A stretch of 64,000 bases of DNA from an uncultured Clostridium sp. (GTDB lineage Bacteria > Bacillota > Clostridia > TANB77 > CAG-508), in the NCBI GenBank assembly GCA_947651825.1, contig CANTAQ010000001.1:20598-84597 (forward strand), given 5' to 3'. The notes beneath the pieces were generated by a model that was given only the letters and a program-made list of their open reading frames with translations, was not told the origin of the DNA and made no database searches. Positions 39,541 through 47,846 of the stretch are shown one piece after another. Numbering within the stretch: position 1 is the stretch's first letter; every line of letters begins with the position of its first letter. Position numbers and translations under genes: made by a program.

Positions 39541-39870
39541 ATTGAAAATTGAATAGCAATTCATTAGATACAGTCCTTTGATTACTTGAGCTAGTAATAA
39601 AATCTATTACTTAAATATTAGCTTGCAACTAATAAGGCGAAGATAAGTGTAAGAGGAAAGAAACTTTTGTATAGTCATAGAACGAGCGTTAAAAGCGTCC
39701 CACGCAATGAGTACAAGCCTGTAAACAGGTAGGTGAAAATCCTATGAGATGTAAGCAAAACATCTGTCTAATGAATTATTGGAAAAGGTATAAAGAGAAA
39801 ATATACCAATAACTACCAAAGAAAATTGAATGGTAGTGTTTTTATCAATCACTTAAAGGAGATGGTAACA

Positions 39871-40035
39871 TTGATTGAGAAAGTTTTAACAAATAACAGT
39901 GAAAAAGTAGATAAAAAATTACTCCAATATACACTACAATTAAGAGCATTAAATCATTTAAAAAATAATAATAAAATAGATGAAATAGTATATAAATCAA
40001 CAAAAGCTAAAATAAATAAAAATTCACACATTTGA
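39871..40035 (+). CDS. Small K/N-rich protein (54 aa, TTG start) directly upstream of the large serine recombinase; candidate recombination-directionality/accessory factor
   Basis: GGAG sits 9 nt before the TTG. The longer ORF-track version starts at 39826. It loosely resembles the small ORF at 50256, which occupies the equivalent position. Confidence 0.3.
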   Translation: MIEKVLTNNSEKVDKKLLQYTLQLRALNHLKNNNKIDEIVYKSTKAKINKNSHI

Positions 40036-40093
40036 AAATAAGAAGATAAAAATATAATGTGTTAGTGGTTAAAAATTGGAAAAGGAGGTATGA

Positions 40094-41905
40094 ATGAATG
40101 TAACTTTAATAAAAAAAGTCGATGGACGAATAAATCGTACAACTGGTTTAAAGGTTACAACAGGATTAAGAGTAACAGCATATTGTAGAGTAAGTACAGA
40201 TGATGAAGACCAAAAAAACAGTTATGAATCGCAAAAAGCATATTACAAAGAAAAAATAACCTCTAATCCAGAATGGAGGTATATAGAAATTTATGCAGAT
40301 GAGGCAATTTCTGGTACATTAGACTATAAAAGAAATGACTTTATGAAAATGATACAGGACGCTTTAGATGATAAATTTGATATGATAATGACAAAGTCAA
40401 TATCAAGATTTGCAAGAAATACAGTAGACACACTAAAATATGTAAGAATGTTAAAAGAGCATAATGTAGCTGTATTTTTTGAAGAAGAAGGAATAAATAC
40501 ATTAGAAATGTCAGGAGAATTACTATTAACAATATTAAGTTCAGTAGCACAACAAGAAAGCGAAAATACATCTACACACGTAAAATTAGGACTAAAAATG
40601 AAAAAGGAACGAGGAGAACTAATTGGCTTTGGTGGTTGTTTAGGTTATACTTATAATCCAGAAGATAACACTTTAACTATAAATGAACAAGAGGCAGAAA
40701 TTGTTAGACTAATTTATGAAAAATATTTAGAGGGATTTGGAGCAGAAAGTATATCAAGACAATTAACTAAACTGGGAATAAAAACACCAAAGGGAAAAGC
40801 TGTATGGTGCGAAACAACAGTAAGAAAAATACTAAAAAATGAAAAATACAAAGGAGATGTACTACAAGGAAAAACATTTACAATAGACCCAATTAGTCAT
40901 AAAAGATTATCTAATATGGGAGAGGAAGATAAGTATTATATTTCTAATCATCACGAGGCAATAATAGACGAAGAAACATTTGAAAAAGTACAACAAATAA
41001 TGAAAGAAAGAAACGGAGGCAGGTCAGCAAGTAGGAAAGTTGGAAATGTAGGAAGAAAATACCCAATGAGTAATAGAATTAGATGTGGATTTTGTGGAAG
41101 TACCTTTACAAGAAGAAGTCTATATACAACAGCAAATCCAAAACCTGCTTGGCTATGTCAAACAGCAAGTAAACTAGGAAAAGAGTTTTGTAATAAATGT
41201 AAAATAATGAGAGCAGATGTATTAGAAAAGTCATTTGTAGACGCATATAAACTACTATGTAATGATAACAAATTATTAGTAGACAATTTCCTAAATAATA
41301 TATCAAGTCTAATGAAAAGCAATTCTCCAAAAGATAATATAAAGAAACTAGAAACACAAAAAGAAGAATTAAAAAATAAATGCAATAAGTTATTAGACTA
41401 TATGCTAGATGGTACAATTACAAAAGATATTTATACAGAAAAGAAAGATGAGTGTTTATTAAAAATAAAAGAAGTAGACACTAAAATAATGGAAATTCAA
41501 GCAAATATGGAAGATGACGACAGCATAGAAAGAGGCATAAAGAAATTAAAAAAAGTTTTTGACACTAACGCTATTATGGAAGAATTTGATATAGATGTCT
41601 TTGACACACTTGTTGACTATATTATTGTTGGAGGGTATAATGAAAGTGGCAGAGCAGACCCATATATGTTAAGATTTATTGTAAAAACTCATTCAAATAT
41701 GTTTAAGAAAGAAAAAGATGTTTCAAAAGAGCATATAGTGGAACGAAACAAATTAACACAAGATTATAGAAATATAGTGTTATTAGATTTTATAGACCAA
41801 CAAAATTTTATAGCTTACGATAGAGATAAAGACGGAAATTTTAAGAAAAAAGTAATAAAAAAGGTTAGAGTTAGGGTAGAATGTGATATGAGTAATGAAA
41901 ATTAG
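40094..41905 (+). CDS. Large serine recombinase (SpoIVCA/CisA-like), intact
   Basis: The resolvase domain is LRVTAYCRVSTDDEDQ...SISRFARN. Then come the recombinase domain, a zinc ribbon (CGFCGSTFTRR...C..C) and a coiled coil. RBS AAAGGAGG. Confidence 0.85.
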   Translation: MNVTLIKKVDGRINRTTGLKVTTGLRVTAYCRVSTDDEDQKNSYESQKAYYKEKITSNPEWRYIEIYADEAISGTLDYKRNDFMKMIQDALDDKFDMIMTKSISRFARNTVDTLKYVRMLKEHNVAVFFEEEGINTLEMSGELLLTILSSVAQQESENTSTHVKLGLKMKKERGELIGFGGCLGYTYNPEDNTLTINEQEAEIVRLIYEKYLEGFGAESISRQLTKLGIKTPKGKAVWCETTVRKILKNEKYKGDVLQGKTFTIDPISHKRLSNMGEEDKYYISNHHEAIIDEETFEKVQQIMKERNGGRSASRKVGNVGRKYPMSNRIRCGFCGSTFTRRSLYTTANPKPAWLCQTASKLGKEFCNKCKIMRADVLEKSFVDAYKLLCNDNKLLVDNFLNNISSLMKSNSPKDNIKKLETQKEELKNKCNKLLDYMLDGTITKDIYTEKKDECLLKIKEVDTKIMEIQANMEDDDSIERGIKKLKKVFDTNAIMEEFDIDVFDTLVDYIIVGGYNESGRADPYMLRFIVKTHSNMFKKEKDVSKEHIVERNKLTQDYRNIVLLDFIDQQNFIAYDRDKDGNFKKKVIKKVRVRVECDMSNEN

Positions 41906-41954
41906 TAACCTTACAACAACACTTACTCCATATTAAGACTACCTTACACTCAGA

Positions 41955-41984
41955 CCCACACCACACATGTGGAGTGTGTGGCAG
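41955..41984. other. GC-rich imperfect palindrome CCCACACCACACATGTGGAGTGTGTGGCAG 50 bp past the recombinase stop; candidate att core
   Basis: 7-bp arms CCACACA/TGTGTGG around CATGTGGAG. A related sequence, CCATGTGGAATGCGTGG, lies at the 3' end of the second recombinase gene (52274-52290). Confidence 0.35.
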
Positions 41985-42674
41985 TGCTACAACTAAAGCA
42001 AGACATGTAATACTTGATTTTGATATGGTTTCAGAGATTATAACTTTTGAAGAAAAAGGCAGATTTGGGAAAGAAAAACATCAAAATTTGAGTGTGAAAG
42101 TTAAAGTGGTTGCTTAAGTGGTAAGTGGAAACACATAAATGAAATTTTAGAAAATGGAGCAAAGTGTTTAAAATACTGGAAAAATTGCGATTGTATCTAC
42201 TGTAAGCATAACAGGTATAGGTTGTGTTGGTTAGTAGATATGAAACAAAGTTAGATGTTTCAACTATTAGAAAGAATTTATTAAAAGGAGTTATAGAGAA
42301 TCTTTATTAAATGGGTGTCAGTAGAGATATGTGCTGATACTTATTTTTTATAGGACGAAAATTTAATAAAATTCGGCTTATAAAAATTCATAGGACGAAA
42401 AAGTTAAAAAATTCGTCCTATAACATTTGCATACCAATTTTAATCTCCAATAAAAATAATATCAAGAGTAAAATAAACTCACTTCGTTCGCTCTTGACAT
42501 TATTTCCATTGGAGATTTTGTGGCAATTAAGCAAATGTAAGGATAAATATGTTTTGCAAATATTGGTAAAACACTATTAAAAATTGTTAATTTGTGATAT
42601 ATTATCTGTAGTTTTAAAGACATATTGAACTATTATAATTTTAGAAATAATTTTGAAAAGAGGAAATATATAAT

Positions 42675-43115
42675 ATGAAAATAAGAATAGCAAAAAAAGA
42701 AGATGTTGAGCAAGTATGGAATATAGGTAATAATGTATCTGAATTTAAGACAGCAGAAAATGTTGTTATATTTTGGCCAGAAGAAACATTGGAAAATTGC
42801 ATTAATAAAGATGATATTTTGTTTTATGTTGTAGAAATAGAAAATAAAATTATAGGTTTTTCAATAGTTAATTTAAATAAATCATTAGGAAAAGCAGAAA
42901 TAGAAAATATCTATGTATTACCAGAATATAGAAAAAATAAAATTGGTACATCAATATTAGATGAAATTTTGAAAGAATTAAAGGCTAGGAAGTATGATAA
43001 TGTAAATTGTTTAGTAGATGAAGCAACTGAAATTTATAAAAGATATGGATTTACAAAGGGAAAAGATTTTGCATGGATGGATATAGCATTATCAGATAAA
43101 TTTAAGAGAGGTTAA
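42675..43115 (+). CDS. GNAT family N-acetyltransferase
   Basis: IENIYVLPEYRKNKIGTSILDEI, with an acetyl-CoA fold. Confidence 0.75.
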   Translation: MKIRIAKKEDVEQVWNIGNNVSEFKTAENVVIFWPEETLENCINKDDILFYVVEIENKIIGFSIVNLNKSLGKAEIENIYVLPEYRKNKIGTSILDEILKELKARKYDNVNCLVDEATEIYKRYGFTKGKDFAWMDIALSDKFKRG

Positions 43116-43117
43116 AT

Positions 43118-43747
43118 ATGAATATTATAGAAATTTATAAAAAATATCATTTACCAGAAAGCTTACAAATGCACATGTTAAGAGTTGCAGCATGTAGTAA
43201 TTTAATAATAGATAACTGGAATGGAAAAGAAATAGATAAAGAAGCAATTATTAGAGTTTGTTTATTACATGATATGGGGAATATGGTAAAAATACCAGAA
43301 GATTTTTCAAAGTATGAAGAATTCATAAAGATAAGAAAAAAGTACTTTGATAAATATGGAACAAACGACCACGAAATCAATTTAGAAATAGGAAGACAAG
43401 AAGGATTAACAGAGAAAGAAATTATTATATTGGATGGAAAAAGGTCAAGAAAAAATGAAGAAACATTAGAATCAGACTCTTATGAAAGAAAAATTTGTGC
43501 ATACTGTGACCAAAGAGTAGCACCAGATGGAGTTGTAGGAATAAAAGAAAGATTAGAAGATGCAAAAATTAGATATAAAGATAAACCATTATCAGTATGG
43601 TCAAATGAAGAAAAAGCAAATCATTTAATAGAATGTTCTTTAGGTATAGAAAAGCAGATTATGAAACATTGCAACATAAAGCCAGAAGATATAAATGATA
43701 ATAGTATAAAAATATATATAGAAAAATTAAAAGAATATGAAATATAG
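43118..43747 (+). CDS. HD-domain phosphohydrolase
   Basis: H..H...LLHDMGN (HD motif). Confidence 0.7.
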   Translation: MNIIEIYKKYHLPESLQMHMLRVAACSNLIIDNWNGKEIDKEAIIRVCLLHDMGNMVKIPEDFSKYEEFIKIRKKYFDKYGTNDHEINLEIGRQEGLTEKEIIILDGKRSRKNEETLESDSYERKICAYCDQRVAPDGVVGIKERLEDAKIRYKDKPLSVWSNEEKANHLIECSLGIEKQIMKHCNIKPEDINDNSIKIYIEKLKEYEI

Positions 43748-43758
43748 TAGGAGGACTT

Positions 43759-44064
43759 ATGAATAAAAGAAAAGTTGTTACACTATGTGGTTCAGTAAAA
43801 TTTTATGATAAAATGCAAGAAATAAATGAAAAATTAGCATTAGAAAATGAATATGTAGTAATTGGACTAACACCTCGTGTTACCAATAGAAATTTTACAG
43901 AACATGACAAAGAATTATTAGGTGAATTACATAGAGCAAAAATAGATTTATCGGATGCAATATTTGTAGTAAATGTAGATGGATACATTGGGGAAAGCAC
44001 AAAAGGAGAAATAGAATATGCTAAACAAAGAGAAAAAGAAATAATGTATTTAGAAAGTATTTAG
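43759..44064 (+). CDS. Hypothetical small protein (101 aa), possibly a nucleoside 2-deoxyribosyltransferase-like fold
   Basis: VVTLCGSVKF...AIFVVNVDGYIGESTKGEIEYA. The pattern resembles the nucleoside 2-deoxyribosyltransferase-like superfamily. Weak. Confidence 0.45.
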   Translation: MNKRKVVTLCGSVKFYDKMQEINEKLALENEYVVIGLTPRVTNRNFTEHDKELLGELHRAKIDLSDAIFVVNVDGYIGESTKGEIEYAKQREKEIMYLESI

Positions 44065-44075
44065 GGAGGAATTAT

Positions 44076-44858
44076 ATGATAGATATTGCAAGGGCAAAAA
44101 ATGCTTTTAAAGATTTTTTAGAAGAATACAAAGATAAAAGCGACTTAGGATTTGAATTAAAAATAGTACATACTTATCATGTTGCAGAAAATGCGAAGAA
44201 AATAGCACAAGAATTAAATTTAAGTAAAGAAGATATAGAACTAGCTGAATTAATAGGAATACTACATGATATAGGACGATTTGAAGAATTAAAGATTACA
44301 AAGGAATTAAATAGTGTTAAATTTGATCATGCAGGACATGGCTCCAAAATGTTATTTGAAAAAGGTATGATTAGAAAATTTATAGAAGATAGTCAGTATG
44401 ATAATATAATAAAAAAAGCAATAGAAAATCACAGCAGATTAGAAATTGAAGAGAATTTAGATGAAAGAACTTTATTACATTCTAAAATAATAAGAGATGC
44501 AGATAAAATAGATAATTATAGAGTAAAGAAAGATGAAAAAATAGAAGCAATATTTCCTAAAAGAGTAAATAAGATAGAAGATATGGAAGAATCAAAGTTA
44601 TCAGACAAAGTTTATAATACTATTTTGGATAAAAAATGTGTTGACATACATGATAGAGTAACACCATTAGATTTTTGGGTTTGTATATTAGCTTTTACAT
44701 TTGACTTAAATTTTGATGTATCTTATAAAATAGTAAAAGAAAATGACTATATAAATGTGCTAGTAGATAAATTTGAATATAAAGATGAAGAAACTAAAAA
44801 TAGAATGGAAAAAGTAAGAAAAATTATAAATGAATATATAAATGAAAAAGTAAATTGA
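44076..44858 (+). CDS. HD-domain protein (paralog of 59783-60562)
   Basis: IGILHDIGRFEE, HAGHGSKMLFE, and IRDADKIDN. About 50% identical to the HD protein at 59783. Confidence 0.7.
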   Translation: MIDIARAKNAFKDFLEEYKDKSDLGFELKIVHTYHVAENAKKIAQELNLSKEDIELAELIGILHDIGRFEELKITKELNSVKFDHAGHGSKMLFEKGMIRKFIEDSQYDNIIKKAIENHSRLEIEENLDERTLLHSKIIRDADKIDNYRVKKDEKIEAIFPKRVNKIEDMEESKLSDKVYNTILDKKCVDIHDRVTPLDFWVCILAFTFDLNFDVSYKIVKENDYINVLVDKFEYKDEETKNRMEKVRKIINEYINEKVN

Positions 44859-44889
44859 AGTTTGTAGAGAAATTATAAATGAAGGAGTA

Positions 44890-45489
44890 ATGATGAAAAT
44901 ATTGTTATCGAGTAATAAAGAAATTATAAAAGAATATATTGTTAAAAATTCTAAAATTGGATTTATTCCTACTGCTTCAGAATTGGATAATGATAGATGG
45001 TACATGGAAAAAGATAGAGAAGATCTTATTAAAATGAAATTTAATGTAATAGATATTGACATTTCAAAGGAAAGTAAAGAAAAAATTATAGAAAAGTTTA
45101 ATAGTGTAGATGTAATATTTGTTGCTGGTGGAAATTGTTTCTATTTATTACAACAGTTAAAAATAAAAGATGTTTTGCAAGAGTTAATAGAGTTTGCGAA
45201 TAATAAAATATATATAGGTTCAAGTGCTGGTTCATGTATTACTTGTCCATCTATTGACTATGCTGAAAAATTAGATGACATATCACAAGCACCACTATTA
45301 AGTAATTGTAATGCAATGAATTTAGTAGATTTTTATATTTTACCTCATTATAACAGCAAAGAAAAATATACTAAATTAGCTGATGAAATTGAAAGCAGTT
45401 ATAACAATTATAAATTTATAAAATTATCTAATGAACAAGCTATTATAGTAGATAATATGAACAACTATAAAGTAGTTGAAACAAAATAG
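44890..45489 (+). CDS. Peptidase E-like (S51) / class-I glutamine amidotransferase-like protein
   Basis: VIFVAGGNCFYLL, and a GSSAGS nucleophile region. Confidence 0.6.
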   Translation: MMKILLSSNKEIIKEYIVKNSKIGFIPTASELDNDRWYMEKDREDLIKMKFNVIDIDISKESKEKIIEKFNSVDVIFVAGGNCFYLLQQLKIKDVLQELIEFANNKIYIGSSAGSCITCPSIDYAEKLDDISQAPLLSNCNAMNLVDFYILPHYNSKEKYTKLADEIESSYNNYKFIKLSNEQAIIVDNMNNYKVVETK

Positions 45490-45577
45490 AAAATTATAAA
45501 ATTAGAACAAGTAGAGAAATCTAATAATAATGAAAAAAGTAAGCTATTAGAATTATAGGAGAGGAATAGGTGTTAGT

Positions 45578-46021
45578 ATGGAATATTCTTTTAGAAATTG
45601 CACATTAGATGATTTTGACTTTTTATTTGAATTAAAAAAGCAGAACTTTAAATGGTATGTTGATAAAATTTGGGGTTGGAAAGATAATGAACAAAAAGAA
45701 AGACTAAAACAAGACTTAGAAGAGCATTTGCAACATAAACGAATTATATTAGTGGATAATAAAGGGGTTGGAGTATATGCAGTATATATAACAGAAGATG
45801 GGAAATTCTTTATAAATGAAATAAGTATATTAAAAGAATATCAAAATAAAGGAATTGGAAGAAAAATTTTAGAAGAACAACTAAAAGAAAATCAATCAAA
45901 AGGAATTAGAACAATTCTACAAGTATTTAAAGATAATCCAGCTAAAAATCTATATGAAAAATTAGGTTTCAAAGTATATGGAGAAACTGAAACACATTAT
46001 CAAATGGAAAATGTAAAATAA
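45578..46021 (+). CDS. GNAT family N-acetyltransferase
   Basis: ILKEYQNKGIGRKILEE (Q/RxxGxG/A). Confidence 0.75.
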   Translation: MEYSFRNCTLDDFDFLFELKKQNFKWYVDKIWGWKDNEQKERLKQDLEEHLQHKRIILVDNKGVGVYAVYITEDGKFFINEISILKEYQNKGIGRKILEEQLKENQSKGIRTILQVFKDNPAKNLYEKLGFKVYGETETHYQMENVK

Positions 46022-46294
46022 ATATTAATATAAACAAGAGGTGGAAAAAATGCAGTTATTTTCAAAAGAAGTAAAAGGATTGGAGAAAATAAGGAAAATC
46101 ATAAATCAATTTATAAACAACAAGATTTTTAAATAAATTTTAAAATAAAAAAACTATAGCTCATATATTTCTATATAAGCTACATTCTAAATCATAACTG
46201 CTTACCGAAGTAAGCCTTCTCGGTCATCTAATAAAAGTATAATAGAAATTTTAATAAAAATCAATAATTTTTAACAAATTTTATATAAATACTT

Positions 46295-46340
46295 GCCGGA
46301 AACTCTCGTAAATGATACAATATTTACGAGAGTTTCCGGC
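46295..46340. promoter_or_regulatory. Perfect 19-bp inverted repeat GCCGGAAACTCTCGTAAAT-N7-ATTTACGAGAGTTTCCGGC spanning a TTGCCG-N17-TACAAT promoter; candidate AbiEi autoregulatory operator
   Basis: Seen directly. It lies immediately upstream of the RBS AAAGGAGAG of the AbiEi gene. Confidence 0.5.
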
Positions 46341-46355
46341 AAAGGAGAGAAAAGA

Positions 46356-46949
46356 ATGGAAAATATAGATATTATAAAAAAGTTATTAAAAAAGAATAAC
46401 GGAATAATAACAACAAAAGAGGTAGAAGACCTAGGAATTAATAGCAAAATTTTAACTAGAATGATTGAAAAAGGAATAATAGAAAGAGTTTCAAGAGGAC
46501 TTTATATAAGTATAGACACATTAGAAGATAAATATTTTATTACACAGGCTATTTGTAAAAAAGGAATATTCTCTCATGAAACAGCTTTATATTTTCACGA
46601 TTTATGTGATAGGACACCTATAAAATATCAATTAACAATACCAAGTTATTATAATAATGTATTGATTAAAGATAAAGATTATCAATTTTTCTATTTAAGA
46701 GATGAACTATATGAAATAGGTATGACAGCGATGAAGACACCTTATGGAAATAAAGTAAAAGTTTACGATTTAGAAAGAACGATATGCGATATTATACGAA
46801 ATAAAAAGAAAATTGAGATTGCATTATTTACGGATGCTATGAAAAGATATGCTGAAAGAAAAGATAGAAATTCAATAAAGTTACATAAATATGCAAAACT
46901 ATTTAATATAGAAGATGAAGTAAGAAAATACTTGGAGGTGTTGCTATGA
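46356..46949 (+). CDS. AbiEi-family antitoxin (type IV TA) with an N-terminal wHTH
   Basis: MENIDIIKKLLKKNNGIITTKEVEDLGINSKILTRMIEKGIIERVSRGLYI is the AbiEi_4 pattern. It overlaps the next gene by 4 bp (ATGA). Confidence 0.7.
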   Translation: MENIDIIKKLLKKNNGIITTKEVEDLGINSKILTRMIEKGIIERVSRGLYISIDTLEDKYFITQAICKKGIFSHETALYFHDLCDRTPIKYQLTIPSYYNNVLIKDKDYQFFYLRDELYEIGMTAMKTPYGNKVKVYDLERTICDIIRNKKKIEIALFTDAMKRYAERKDRNSIKLHKYAKLFNIEDEVRKYLEVLL

Positions 46950-47791
46950 TAGCTAAGAATAGAGCACAATTAAAAGCATGGATAAAAAACATGTCAGCAA
47001 AAGTTGATGTAAATGAAAATATCATTTTACAAAACTATATGCTAGAGAGATTATTAGAAAGAATTTCAGTATCAAATTATAAATATAAATTTGTATTAAA
47101 AGGTGGTATGTTAATAACAGCTATAGTTGGAATAGATATGAGAAATACACTAGATATGGATGCAACAATAAAAGGTTTTGATTTAGAAAAAGATAACCTT
47201 GAAAATATATTAAACGAAATATTTAGTATAGACTTAAATGATGGTGTAACTTTTGAATTTAGAAACATAAAAGAAATAAGACAAGAAGATGAATATGGAG
47301 GATATAGAGTATCATTAGATGCAAAATTTGATAAATTAGTTGTACCTATGAAATTGGACATAACAACAGGAGATGTAATTATTCCTAAAGAAGTTAATTA
47401 TAAATTTGATTTAATGTTTGAAGATCGCTCTATAGAAATACTCGCATATAATATGGAAACAGTAATAGCGGATAAATTTGAAACAATCATATCTAGAAAT
47501 ATTGATACAACAAGAGCAAGAGATTTTTATGATATTTATATACTTTGGACTACACAACAGCAAAATTTTGATAAAGAATTGCTAGGACAAGCTATTGCAA
47601 AGAAATTCGAATATAGAGAGTCTATAGATAATTTGAAGAATATTGATGAGATAGTGGAAGTTATAAAAGAAAGTGATGCATTAAAAGAACATTGGAAGAA
47701 TTATCAGACCAAGTTTAGTTATGCTGAAGATATTAGTTATGAAGATGCGATGAGGGTGATAGAAGAAATAACAAGTGAATTAAGAAAATAA
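46946..47791 (+). CDS. AbiEii/AbiGii-family nucleotidyltransferase toxin (DUF1814)
   Basis: FVLKGGMLI...DMDATIKG is the NTase fold of the AbiEii family. Its pairing and overlap with AbiEi support the call. Confidence 0.75.
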   Translation: MIAKNRAQLKAWIKNMSAKVDVNENIILQNYMLERLLERISVSNYKYKFVLKGGMLITAIVGIDMRNTLDMDATIKGFDLEKDNLENILNEIFSIDLNDGVTFEFRNIKEIRQEDEYGGYRVSLDAKFDKLVVPMKLDITTGDVIIPKEVNYKFDLMFEDRSIEILAYNMETVIADKFETIISRNIDTTRARDFYDIYILWTTQQQNFDKELLGQAIAKKFEYRESIDNLKNIDEIVEVIKESDALKEHWKNYQTKFSYAEDISYEDAMRVIEEITSELRK

Positions 47792-47846
47792 ATTTCATAA
47801 CTGAATATATAGAATAATTAAATATATATGAAAATGGGAGCAAAAT

